The position numbers and the translations under genes were made by a program. A stretch of DNA of 64,000 nt from positions 197,898 to 261,897 of the forward strand of contig JAAOMT010000608.1 in NCBI GenBank assembly GCA_016748015.1, written 5' to 3'. Under the pieces are notes generated by a model. The model saw only the letters and a list, made by a program, of their open reading frames with translations, searched no databases and was not told the DNA's origin. The stretch comes from Geosiphon pyriformis uo1. Lineage: Eukaryota; Fungi; Glomeromycota. Positions 14,110 through 27,837 of the stretch are shown in pieces (the first letter of the stretch is position 1; the number at the start of each line of letters is the position of its first letter).

Positions 14110-16099
14110 TATATATATATACTTGTAAAATTATAAAAGCTAGCAAAAAAAGATAAAATTTTGTCAAAGAATTTAAACCTAAGAAGATATAATGCTTGGT
14201 AAGATAATTTGTGAGTATCAATATTTACTTTTTAATTCACTCAGACAATTTAAGTTGTGAAATTATTTAGAACTAATTGTGTACGAAAACACTTCTTTTG
14301 ATGCTAAATTTTCCTTATAATAAAAAATACATATTTTATGTCTATCTAGAAATTAATTATTTTCATCTTCATAAATAAAACTTTTAATTTTGAATGAACC
14401 TTATTGTAATACTATATCCTTTATAGCTAATATTACACCACGATGTTAAAAAATATAAAGTGTGAAATAAAGTATTTCTCTCAAAGTCACTTTTGCTCCA
14501 TAAAGTGCTGTGTTCTCTTCAAAAAACCACTTTAAAAGTTCTCTGTGATTTATATTTTTGATCAAAACACGAACTTTTTCATGAAAATGAAATAGATGCC
14601 TATTTCTTTGAATTGAAAAAAAACCTTAAAACTCCATACATATTAATAATTAGTTTTCTAAATATTCAAAAAATGCTACGATCTGATTATAATAACACTT
14701 AAAGATATATCTTATACTATGCTATTGTATAATATGCTAAATCAAGAGTTGAACCACTACAATGGCTATGGTGCTTCAAAAATCGCAGTTCTGCTTTACA
14801 AGCAGCAGTTATTGCTAAAATTTGCAAAACAGCCTGAAAAGCATTTGTTATAACCATGAAATTATTTGTCTCCTTCATTATTTCACAAAGCTTGAAAAGT
14901 TTTTCTTTTTATAAATCATTGAATGGTACTATTTGAGTTTAACACTATTATATTCACCCGATTTTTTCAAAATATCAAAAATTTTGTTCAAACTATTTAC
15001 ATGTTAGCAAACTTCCTGATACTATATATTTTTCTCTAATGTATAAATTACTCAGAATATTTAATTATATTTTTGTATTGTACAAATCAGAACATTAATG
15101 AGATAAAAATAATGTACAATTTGAATAAGTAAGAATTGAATAATTAAGACTAAATGTAAAACAATAATGTATATTAACTTAATAATAAAAATTAAAAATA
15201 ATTTCATACTAATTTTTGGCTCAAATCTCAATTAGTAATAGGCTGAAGCCAAGTAATTTATATTTTGACACTTATAATAGCACATGTGTTGTACTATATC
15301 TGATTTTTTTCAAATCTCTAGTTTTAGCACCTGTAATTTTAAAACCTTTATGATTCATAAAAGTTAAAATTTCATATTTTTCATAACAATAAAAGTCTGA
15401 AAAGTAAAAAATAAAACACCGACTAACATTTTTTTAAAAGAAAAAATTTAATGTTATCTTTACATATAAAAATTGACTAATAAATTAGAACTACATTAGT
15501 AAATTCTAAGTTTTTGAAATAAATAGTGGCATATTACCATATAATCAATCAGTTTCGAATAAATGAATTTTTATCTATTTAAAAAACATATTATTTATTA
15601 GAATTGTCAATAATATAGGAAATCTTGAAATTTTAATCAAGAATTTTGCGAGTATGACAAAAAACAATATAATTATTGGTTTAAATACTGTGTTTGCATA
15701 TATTAAACATAAAGAATGTGAAAAGACTGAAAAATTCCTAGTTTTAAAGATAAACTACTTCAAAAAAAGATCAATGAATTAATTCTTGAATTTAAATAAT
15801 CTATAATATTTAATATAGTTAATTTATTATTTTAAAATTTTTTGTTTAATTATTTTTAATTATTTTATTTCCTTTTATAAAAGTTTTTTTTGAAATTAAA
15901 AACTAAGTTGAGAATTTATTACATATAATTTTTATTATATAAAACAACGGTAAATTTAATAACTACATCAATTTTAATTGTTGTATTTATTACACTGTAC
16001 TCTTGTTGGATCTTTAAATTTCTAGTTTCCCCATACAAAATTTTGAAACTTCGATAGACTCTTTGTATAATTTAAAAATATCTCTTCAACTTCATCTAT

Positions 16100-17260
16100 T
16101 AAACCCCACTTCACCTCTCGACTGGTTTGAGAAATCAAATCAAAAAAAAATATTAAAATTTTTAGTTATGACGAATTTCATAGCATTCAGAGCGGTCTTT
16201 AGTGCCGAATTGAGAAGAGTTGGTAACGATATTCAATTTGTATTGAGATGTTTAAACTAGTTCTCAGATAGTGATGTATTTAGAATGAAAGAATTTATTA
16301 AAGAAGTATGTATTCCGTCTAGATTAACACTTTCAAAACTTAATAGCTAAACCTAGAATAGGTGATCAAAATAAAACATATGTTCATTTTTGAATATGCA
16401 AACGAAGGAACTTTAATTTAATATTTGTAATCGAACCTTTTTTTCATAAATAGTACTGAAAAATTGCGACTTGCAAGTAAACTGATTAGCAGGATTACCT
16501 ATCTTCATGCAGAGAATATTATTTCTAGCGATCTTGTGAGTGAAATCTGAACTTCAATGAAAATTTATTTATTTAATATTTAATTTGAAATATTCATTTA
16601 TCTTTTTTATTTTGTATTCCCAAAAAGAAGTCTTCAAATGATTTGATTCAAAATAATTCGATAAAAATTTCGGATCTTGGATTTTCCAAAAAACATAAAA
16701 GTAATATCTAGTTCATTACTAACTATTTTATGTTGAGCTTCAGTGCGTACTAGATAATAAATAAAAATCTGATATATATGCACTCGGGGTACTTTTATGG
16801 GAGTTATCAAGTGAACATCCTCCATTTTTGAATATAGGGTTTATAGTAAATGGAGTCGAGAAACGCCAATTCGAAATGCTCTAACAAATTATGTTAAACT
16901 TTACACTGAATGTCAGCATAATTCACCCCAAGTTTGTCAATCTATAGTTCAAGCTCTTAACTGCCTTGGGGAAATTAAATGGACATTCAGTTGTCCTTTT
17001 CAAAGAAAAATAGATGGGAACAATGAAAAATGGAGAAAAAGCATTTGAATTCTACATGAAAGCAACAGAGGCGGGAAATATAAATGAACAATATAATCTT
17101 GGACTTTGTTAATTGAAATAAATGAGGAACAACGAAAAATGTTGAAAAAGCATTGGAACTCTATTCAAATGCAGCGGAAATGAAAAATTTAAATGCACAG
17201 AATATCTTAGGTGGCTTTATGAAAATGAATCGAAACCAAGAAAAACTTCAAGAATTGTTT
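16100..17260 (+). pseudogene. Tyrosine-kinase-like kinase + Sel1-repeat pseudogene
   Basis: Fragments with stops and frameshifts: MKEFIKEV, EYANEGTL, LRLA...YLHAENI, KISDLGFSK, IYALGVLLWELSSEHPPF, YVKLYTEC, then Sel1 repeats EKAFEFYMKATEAGNINEQYNLG and EKALELYSNAAE...AQNILG. Confidence 0.85.
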
Positions 17261-19271
17261 GAAATTCTTTCACATTAATAGTATAACCTTTGGTCTTTTT
17301 TAAGAAAGAGATATTACTTTTATGTAGAATATTTTTGAGACCTTTAATTTATTACAGAAATTCAATTAAAAGCTCTAAAATTTGAATAAAGAATGAAGAC
17401 TTGTTTTTTTTTTTTAAGAATCTTTTAAATATACTCAGTTTTAAGGTTTTCTTTTCAATTTTTTAAATTTATTATATTAAAATTAAATTAAATTTTTGAA
17501 TTTTTTGAAAATTACATTTTTTTATTCTCAGAGTATCACAAATCTTGCAAAAACATTTTTGAATCATCTAAATATATTTAAGATTTGTCAGTTTATTACT
17601 AATTGCTCATTAAAAATTAACTTGAAATTTATTTAAGCCTTAGTATTTACAATAATTTTTTACTTTCTTTAAAAATATTCACAAGTTAATTGACATGAAA
17701 CATGATATATTAAAGAATTGACTTGAACTCTCAGAGGAATATTTTTATCATGATAATAATTAAATTTGATTTTAAAACTATTAATTTTTAATTAAATATA
17801 TTTACACTTTATAATAATCATTCCCATTTTTTAATATTTAACTGAGTTGATTATCATTATGAAATATCATAATGAAATACTTATCACAATATTAGTAAAA
17901 TTATAATTTTCAAAGCCTCAAAACTATAAGCGATATTAATTTAGCCATTATAAGATTTAATATTGCTTGGAGGGTTATAGTGTTTCATACAGAGTATTGC
18001 AGCAATTGGAATGAAAATTCTTAAATTGTGAAATTTATTGCTTTATTTGTTGGGAAAGCTTTCATAAATAGAAGTTTCCTTAGCAACAAAATTTTACATT
18101 ATCCTTTATCAGAATTTTTTTAAATATATATATATATATATATGACTATATGTTATGATAATAATACAAATAATGGAATTGGCTATCTTTACTTATTAGT
18201 CATGTATTATAAAAAAAAGTTTTTTCCCTTGATTATAGAAATATTTAATATATATATCAATATTTTTACTTTTACTAATTAATATTCTATCGGAAAGGGT
18301 TATTGCTAATTGATATTTAAATCGATCTTTTTGATTCAAAGAAATCACCAGTTTTTGATTTATAAAAATTAATTATTTTTTAAACCTTCAATTGTTTGCA
18401 TCGATTAACCGTTTCAAAATAATACTCTAGGGTCTATCAATTGGAAATCGTACTTTCTAAAAAATAACACTAAGATAATCTTTAATGATATCGGGGTTTT
18501 TTCTAGTGTCGTGTGCTTAGATATTTTCCATGATTATTTGTGTAAAACATTTGAATCGTAATACTTTTTTTATTATTCTTTCGGTGTTAATTATTTTGTC
18601 GAGGGATCATTAGAAGAATAATAATCGACATCATGAGGAGATTAGTGATCAATAAAGACGTCAGAAGGTCATGTTCTCGATCTCTCTTCTCCTCTCTTCA
18701 ACAATTTGTAATTCAATTGTTTATCCTTTACTAAAACTTTTCACGTGAATTGTATAAACCGGCGAAGTAACTGACAATAGGGAAGGTTGGTAAACATAAT
18801 AGCCAGTTGATGTAATACTAGATTTTTTGGTCTGATATTGAAGTTCCTGACTTCTTTTTTATTTTTGCAGATCTTTAGAACTGAAGCCAGGCTACCTGCT
18901 CTGATGCGGACCGTGTACCCTTCTCGCAGTTTAAATTATTTAGGAACATTTTTTTTGTGAAATCCGAGATATTAAAATAAAAAGAATTGGGTAAAAATGT
19001 GTATGAAACCAAAAAAAAATTATTTTATTTATAGTTAGTGAAGTCTTAAAACATTTATAATTATCTTTAGTTTCTTTCGTTCGTTAACTGATTCGGTCAT
19101 AATTAACTGAACGCGATAAAAATTTATTTAAATAGCGAAAAATAAAAATTACATTAAAATGTATTTTATTTACTTTTAGCAATCTATATTTCTTCAATAA
19201 CGAGATATTCAAATCTCGCAATTGTTTTTTTTCGTTTTCAGTTTCTTCTTTGAGCAATTGTAGATCATCAA

Positions 19272-20776
19272 TTAACAGTCATTATAAAAAAATTCATAAA
19301 ATTCAATCACAACTGTTCTTAATGGCCTAATTTTGGCCGTCAGTAATAAAATTATCGATATGTTCGTAGAGGATTATTTGAAATGATAGTTTCAGAAAAC
19401 CCCGTCATCCCTTCCTGACAATTCCTAAAAATAATACCAAAATAAGGACCTCTATGTACCTTAGGGTTGTCATAATTCAATTTCCCCGCGTTGCATTCCT
19501 GTTAAATCACATAAAAATCTTGTTTAGCGTGTAATATACGATATTCAAATTCATTAAATAGATCAAGCAATTACTTACTGGATTTTCATAGTAAACCTTA
19601 CTTCCTTGTACAAATCCTTCACATCTATATACTTCCAGGGTTTCTGCAAAATTTTTATCTGTACAATCACAATTTAGATTTATCCAGTATTCAGTATCAT
19701 GATGGATGAAAGACCTTTGTCTTGGCATATAGTGGGAATTATAATCATTTGTGTGCGTCACTCTATAAACCTTAAGCTCTTTTTGTGAGTTCACAAAATT
19801 AGCGAAGGTTTTCAGTCCAGTACGTGGTTGTCCGTAAGTGATGACTTTTAAAAAATATTTTGAAAGGTCTACACCTTTTCTTTTATAAATTTCTAAAATT
19901 CCTAAAGCGGCTAGAATAGCGTAGGCTATAAAAAAAAGTGAAATCGATTAAAAAACTTGGAGTTTTTTGTCGTCTAAACTTCAAATTGACACCTACAGCC
20001 ACCAATGCCATGCCCAGTAAAACTTATATTCACTTCTTCGTTTTTGTCGTTACGAAAATAGGATATTTTCTTAAAAAGAGGAAGTATTATTTTTTTTACA
20101 TTATTTCCCCATTCTTCATCAATTGAAATGTATGTAGAACTTGAATCGGGTCTGTAAGTAGAAACAATTGTTTTTCTTTTTTCCCAGGCTTCTTGGCTCA
20201 ATTCTTCAGTAGAGCCAAAAAACGCAACAAGCTCTCTGGTTTCAGAATCCATTACAACATCAACTATAATAAATAAAAATAATTAGAAAAATATTAGTTT
20301 AAAAAATTCGTAATGAGGGTCATGGACTTGCCTTTTACACCGGGAAAATCTTCACTACCAATATTTTCATCTTTACAATGAGCCCAATTGGCATAACGGG
20401 CCATTTTTGCGAGAAATTCTAGTGTTGTAACATCTGTGACCAACATCTTTCCCTGGCTTTCCGTATTTCTTTTAGTAAGAGCCACGTTCTGTGCTTTATC
20501 CATTTGATCTATTGGATCCATGAAATTCGGTTTTGAAAGGTTCAAATGCCATGATTGTGAATTTACTTGATAAGAATTCAATATCTTAAAATCCCCGAAA
20601 ATTTGGATTGAATACTTTAAGATCAAATATAAAATGAGCATTGAAAGTGCACAAAAATTGATCTGTCTATGACGTTGAGTTTTGATTTTTAACAATACAG
20701 GTCTAATGATATCCATCAACTTGAGAGATTTTCTCGTAAGAGGTATCATATTATTTTTTTCAACGCGGGCTTGCAT
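19272..20776 (-). CDS. Class-3 lipase-like protein L3, Ser->Gly (FTGHGIGG); 4 exons
   Basis: TM FCALSMLILYLIL; MARYANWAHC; ISFTGHGIGG; ITYGQPRTG; RVTHTNDY; HHDTEYWINLNCDC; last exon ECNAG...VHRGPYFGIIFRNC. Start Met and C-terminal end are approximate. Confidence 0.87.
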
Positions 20777-21099
20777 AATGAGATGATGAGAACAACAAAA
20801 TTATTGATGAAAATTTCCTGGAATCTAAAGGAATGAACTTCAACCTAGGCTCTACTAATAAAAAAATAATTTCCCACGCAATGAAAGTCAGGTGGAGATC
20901 ATCGAAAACATTGACCTTTAATTCGAATGAGAATCATGAAAGGTATACAGTTCTCTTTAGAAATTACAGTATGAAATTTCGTCTTCATTTACTCATACAA
21001 AAGAAAACAGACAGACAATAACAATCGAATAATAAAAGAAATTAACAAACTAAAAGGATTTCATCTTCTTATTAATATATACATAAGCACAATATCTAA

Positions 21100-23000
21100 A
21101 CCAACAATTGCATAGTTTAAATACTCTCAATTTCTACTTTTTTAAAATCAAAAGTTTTATTTTTTCAACTAAAAAAGATAAAATTTTTATGAACAAATTT
21201 TTTATTGGCATTAGAAAAGTTTAATCTAAATAAAAATTTAGTTTACCTTTGTAAAAAATTAAGACATAATGTTATACTATTTAATAGTTATAAAATATAT
21301 TTATAATTTAAAAACTATAAAAAATAAAATAAAATATTATTTTTTAATTAAAACTTTTGATTAAAAATGGAATAATTTAATATTAATATTACTTATTTAG
21401 TGCCAAATTTTAGAGTACCAATTTTTATATTTAAATAAAAAGTGTAATTAGAACAATACATTTCAAATTTTAAAAAATTGTAATTGAATATTTTAAAGCA
21501 ATTTAAAATCAATAAAATAAGTAGATTTCAAAAAAAACTGGAAAAATAATATATTTTTTTTTAGTTTGTTTTTGTTGTAAAAATACTAGCTAAATTTCTT
21601 AAAATTATAATAATTTGGTTTTACTATTACCAATTTTCAAAATAAAAATCTTTAAAATAATAAAAACCACAATTACATTGATTTTTTAGAAAAAAATTTA
21701 TAAACACATTATTTTATATTACTTTTGAACAATTAATAAATTGTTCTGCAATTTTACAAAAGCTTTTGATTCCCAAAGAAATTATTTCAAAAAATAATAA
21801 TTATTTTGATATAGCTGGATATACAAATAACAGTAATATTATTTTATTATTTAAAAATTTTAAAATTTAACCCTCAAAATATAAAAAACAATTGATTATA
21901 ATTAAGTATTGCTATAAAAATATTTTTTTAAACGCGAAAAAATTGTTAAATTAGTTTTTATAACTTTTATCAACAATAAAAAGCTTTTTGAACAATATGT
22001 AAACTAAAAAAATAAATCAAGTTAATTAAAAAACCTATTTGTTAATTTATTATAATATATTATAACAGATATTTGCTAACAGCTTGAAAAAAAGCTTAAT
22101 AAAATTATAGCAACATAATTTTGATGGCAAATATCAAATTTTTTATTTCTTTAATAATAAATATAAAAACTTATTTATTTATTTATTACAAAATTTAAAA
22201 CTGATTAGTTTATTTATCTATTTTAAGATTTAATTTTTCTATTGCCACAATATTAAAAAAAAAATAAAACAAATAGAAAAAAAATTAGATATATATTTTA
22301 TGAGTTAAGATAAAAAGCCAACAAAAAGAATTTTAACAAAAGTTTTAAAGCCTAGCTGTCATAATTTTATGTTTCAATTGGCATTTTGAAATTTAATGAC
22401 AAATATCAATTATTTTCAACAGTTTTTTATTCAATTAATTATAAATTAAAAATATAATCTAATTTTATGACTAAATATTTGAATAAAATCAGATAAGTTT
22501 AAAGTTAATAACTAATAATTATTTAAAAATAAGATGGTTAAATATTTAACATTAATGGTTAATACACAATTGATATAAATAAATTTAACTACTCTAATTA
22601 ATTAGTATATAATCATTAACTGTAACAATATTATTTTTATTTTTATTAAATATACATATTATTAAATTCTTACATTGTTTTTCTAATACTTTATTTTTTT
22701 AAAATGGTTTAAAACTGTTAAAATAAATCTTTACAAATGTTTAAAATAACTTTTAAAAATAACAAAATAATTAAGATAAGATTTTTTGCCAGTATGTTTA
22801 AAAGATGACTTTATTACATTATGAGCTTTAATATCATTTTATTACTTTTGGCATTTTTCTCAATAAGGTGTTATTAGGTCCTTTTATTTATTTAAAATTG
22901 ATTATCAACGTTATTATTAAATGAATTTGGTTTTAAAATTATTATCAGAATTTTTCAAACTTCAAGAAAAATCCTTTTTTTTCAGCTTAAATTTCATTTG
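21100..23000. other. Extremely AT-rich non-coding block, probably a decayed repeat
   Basis: Composition resembles 7.2-10.4 kb; no ORF of 60 aa or more in the track. Confidence 0.35.
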
Positions 23001-23273
23001 GTCTCATGCTTTATGCTGAAAAGATATTTATTCTTGGGTTAAGGCCTTTGCTGACTAATGTTTTTAAAATTAATGTTCAACTTTTGCCTATCATAGAAAT
23101 AATTCAGAATTGAAAGATCTCAATTCAAGTGAAAAGGATTGAACATGAATATGGTAATTTCATGATGCTTATTAATGGTATAACATCAGTTGAGGTTAAA
23201 TAAAAATGTAATAGTGAAACTTAATTACAAACTTATAAAAATAAATTTAAAAAAAATCTAAAATATTTATCAT

Positions 23274-26034
23274 TCAGGATATCCTTTGGATATTCGATGA
23301 CGTTCTTTGAGCCTCTTCAATAAGGAATGGATCATTCGACGATAGCCTGATACTCCCATCTCGAAGATAACGTTTGGTATTTTCTTCAATATGTGGAAGA
23401 ATGTAATTATAATTGGCCATGATACCAAAGGATTGTTGGAATCCTTTATCTTTTTCCGCAACAAATTAACGCAATTATTAAGGCATATATACAAGATTAA
23501 ATGAGCAAAAAGGATGGAAGCTTAGGTTTTTATACATACCGGACATATCTCCGAGCCAATTAAGCTGGTGCACACAAGCACCGTTGCGTATGTGGAAGTT
23601 TGCTGAATTTTTAATAACACAAAATGAACAAGCAGAATTCAAAAGTATCGAATTAACAAGAACAAATAAGTACATACCAACCGGATCAAGAGCCAGTGCA
23701 TTACGTTTCTCACTTAGAATGTATCTTTGTATTCACAAGCAGATCAGTTAAAGGAATTCAATGTAAAATAAAGGAGATTTCCAGCAAATACATACCTAGC
23801 GCATAATCTTAATAAAATTGGTTTTAAAATCTCAATAGTATTTTTGTCTTGACCCCAATCATTTGTCGACAGGAAATTTTTGATATTGTTTGCAAGATCA
23901 ATGTTTGCTGAAAAACAAGGGGACTCGGATAAAAGTATTTTTAGATTTGTCTTTTCACCAAGCAAGAATATGTTTGACCCTTCTATATTTAAAGTCTCCT
24001 CTAGCCACCGCCGGAAGCCTGGTATTGGACTTATGGTCGAGAAAGTATGTATATTGGGAAACTCTGTTTGCAATTCAATAACTACCCGTTTGATTAAAAA
24101 ATTCCCTAATTGAATTCCGGTAAGGCCTGGTTGACTGGTAATTGAATAGAAAATGGCGCATTGAACTTCTTCAGCAGAGTAGAGAATATGATGGTTCAGA
24201 ATAGACTAGCAAAAAATCAAACTCCAAATTAATGAAAGGGCCAAATAAAAGCTTTAGTAAAATATTTGAAATCCATATCATACCTGAACATTTTCCACAA
24301 GGTTTTTGGTCAGTGCTACCTGTAGAAAAACAAGAGGCTCGTTTGGTATGGGCCGATAATAATAGGCAAATATACGCCGACCTAGATTTAAGATTATGTT
24401 AGAATATTAGTTTTAGTCGTACTATATGCAATTTGAAAATGTTCATGAATGAAATACTCGACCAGGTCCAACTCGTCTATGTTACCAATAATAGAAAGGG
24501 AGTTTTAAACCATGATTTTCCGCAAATATCATTACAAAACTCTAGACTTAACCTTTTTAGATCTTTCCAATCTTTTATCGGGTGAACGCGTTCATAATTT
24601 TTTATCTGAACATCAGAGATATAAATACGTGCGTCATTGATTATAAAATTGTGAAGGTAAATAATCTCTAATTGATCTTATTAATGAATCTGGCTCTTTA
24701 GATACCTTTTCTAAAAGGACTGCAGGGGAATTCCATGTTACTCTTTCAAGTTCAAGAAACCCAACAAGCAATCCTTTTAGCTTTCTGCGTAATGTTTCAT
24801 TCACCTCTGATAGATAAATATCGTCTTTTTCTTGCAAAAAATTCTAGGAGAAAAAAGAATTAAATGAGAATAAATGAAGGAATAAATAAATATCTAAGAA
24901 TACATACTAAAACGTCAGAACGTATATTCATCAAAAACTTAGTTCCTTCTGGCAAAAGATTAACCCGATTAAAAAATGTATGGTACAATGGTACGAGAAT
25001 ATGTCGTAAGATTTGAGCAGCTCGAAGATTTGCCTGGACGGACTATTCATCAATGAATACTTTGAGAATAAAAGAATCGTTCATGGACTTTTTACGATGT
25101 TGGCCTAAAATCCGTATTAAATTGGGTGCAGAATAAATAGATATTACAGAATTTCACTATGAATACCTTATCGTCATTCAGAGTACTGATGTATGTCTGT
25201 GCAGCTTTCAATGACTCCTCCTTGGACACTCCTATTTGAGAATTGAATTTGGGTTTCAACAATCATAAATTAAGTTTCAGAATAACTATTAAATATCCCA
25301 CAGTCATAAGCAAAATAATAGGTCTATTACCGAAATCCGAAACCAATACTTTTATGAATAATAATTTTCCCTCCTAAAATTCAGAATTTTCATTAAAAGC
25401 CCAATTTCTAGAGCAAATGATCAAGCGATATATATGTACCTTGTCTAGATGTTCATACATCTCGCAGGTTTTTTTTGCCAAGATGCTGGGTAATAAATCT
25501 TCTTCGGTCCGTTTCCTTGCAATGGCTCCGGAAATCAGTTTGTGCATAAATTTTGGATCCTTCAAAGTAAAACGAGAAGTTGCACTTTCAAAGGAAAATA
25601 ACCCTGTATGAAATGGCCGCGTAAACAATGTATTTTGAGCTAACCGGGGAGGAAATAAGCGAAAATACGATATAGAAAATACCTGGCTCATGAATATAAG
25701 AATCGATGTCATTCCAAGAGTCTTCGATGAAGTTTGCTTCTAAGGATTTAGAAAGAGGTTTTCCGCTTAGATTTGTTTTTTCAACAGAATTTGAATCATT
25801 GGCCGAAAGATTTCTGTGGTAAGTAGTGCTGATAAAGCTTTTGTCGTTTTTTAATGACATAAGGGGAATTTGCTTGAAAAACTGATAAAATGGCACATTA
25901 GTGAGAATGAAAGATCAGTTGCCAGCAGTTAGAAGATAATGAGCAAATCATACTTGAGATGAATACCAAGGAGGTCTAAAGAAATATTTGGTAGAACGGA
26001 TGATTGGCGAGAAAGACATAATAATATAACGCAT
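23274..26034 (-). CDS. MLYCD: Malonyl-CoA decarboxylase, many introns, probable mitochondrial presequence
   Basis: LELERVTWNSPAVLLEK, YERVHPIKDWKDLK, RVGPGRR, PNEPLVFLQVAL, AIFYSITSQPGLTGIQLGNFLIKRVV, FSTISPIPGFRRWL, LLRLCARY, LDPVANFHIRNGA, LNWLGD, SFGIMANYNY. N-terminus MRYIIMSFSPIIRSTKYFFRPP is basic and lacks acidic residues. Confidence 0.93.
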
Positions 26035-27837
26035 GCGTGCAGGAAAACTAATACCACAGATCTATTCCTGATTTAACGATCAAAAAACCTGAATTACGTA
26101 ACGCTAACGAAAGATGGCAAATATGGCTTGCAATGCATTAACAAAAGAAAACTATCGTGACAACTCTAGGGTTTTTGATAAAGCGATATGTCATAATTAC
26201 AAATAAAGCAATTTTGAAAGTTTTATCCTGTACAAAAAATAGTTTATTTTTATACTCATTATGAAAAATCAATTTTAATTATTTCCTAAATTTTCCAATA
26301 TGTAATATGTTGATATTTATGGATTTTTTCGAAATATTTTTAATATTTGGGACATGTTGTAACATTTGACGTCATATAATGTGGCTTGGTGTGGCCTGAA
26401 AAATTTTTTGTTGACCAAGCGCGTTATTATTCAAGAAAGTAAATATAGTATAAAACTGGTGATATTTATCAAAACTTTGAAACCGATCAAACCGCTGGCA
26501 GCAAACCGAATATACACTGTCAGATTTTCTTCAGTATGCTGACGCGACCAAAAACTTGATGCCAAAATGGAAGCAACAAAGTAGCTGAACATAATTCGTA
26601 AATTTATCCAAGGTGAAAGGATTCTGGCAGAAGAAAAGTACACAAAACCTTGTTCAGTATAGCCAGATTAATAAGTGGTCTGGAAACTTATTTTAAAAAA
26701 ATTTCATAATTGCAAAAGTTTCAGCGCTTTCTTGTAATTAAAAGTAAACTTGAGTTTTCAAAAGCCCAAATTATAAATAAATTTTCCAGAAATTCAAGTT
26801 ACTAAAGACCAATAAATTTAAGGCTTCAAAAGATATAGAAAAAAAAATTAAAGCTCTATTGTTTCCAGTACTTGTACCTCTTTTTATGAAATATGAATAG
26901 CAAGAGTATCTGCACCTCTTTGTCAAAGATGAATAATTTTCATGCTTCTGTTTATTCAAAATTTGTCAGGTCATATTAAAATAAATATAAAATGCAGGAT
27001 AATTTCAACTGTCTTTATTGTTAAATTCGAAATTAACCAAAAAATGTTCAAAATAACTTATAATTGAGATGAAGTATTTAAAAACAAAAATATAAATTAT
27101 TTTAGAAGAAAAATCAAAAAAAAATTACATAATCTGTAAAAACCTTGTTTTCTTTTACATAATCTTGACTATCCAGAATAGTTTTTTCAGTTAATTTTTA
27201 GCCCAAAGCCCACATAAATAGTAATCATCAAAGGACACATTGATGATTTAAGAGAAGTGATAAGTAGATATGTTTTCTATGCTCAAAGAGATAACATTAC
27301 AAAGATTGATAATTTTTATTTTTTTATTTTTTTATTATCCTCTTGGATATTTTTTTTAGAGATTCCTGTTGGAGAATTGTTTGGACAAAACATTCCCTTA
27401 ACATTTTTACATGCAAGTAATGATCAAGTATAAAAAGTAAAGTTAGTACTAATTTATTAGTAAATCTACTGAAGAACAAGTCAAAAAAATTCAAGAAGTT
27501 CTTCAACCTCACCAAGATGACATTGTTAACGAAAAAAATAAAAAATAAATACTTTGGCGCAAAATTAAGAGATTTTTAGTTTGAAGCGAAAGATTATCTC
27601 ATCTTTTAATATTAAAAACATGGGTAACTAAGGTTAAGATATGCATTAAATGTCATATTGATGACTTTAAATGAAAATTTTTTAACAATATTATTAAAAT
27701 TAACTTCCTTACTATAAATTTGGAAATTGACCCCAAATTAAATTATAGAATATAAGATTTTACCATGAAATCTTAGCATTCATAATTTCTGCCTTTATTT
27801 AGCAAAGGTTGAAAGTCCAAGAGAGCGTTTGAAGGAA

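Larger units (their letters stand above)
10410..14272 (+). repeat. Right arm of large inverted duplication
   Basis: Reverse complement of ~3783-7210, including the lipase gene and ~1.7 kb of upstream DNA. Confidence 0.92.

Noticed and set aside
18600-18960. Higher-GC island with several CTGA motifs (possible snoRNA or exon remnant)
   Set aside because: No clean C box with terminal stem and no recognisable reading frame; an Infernal/Rfam search would be needed.
26400-26960. Short ORFs upstream of MCD
   Set aside because: No ATG-led coherent model or recognisable motif.
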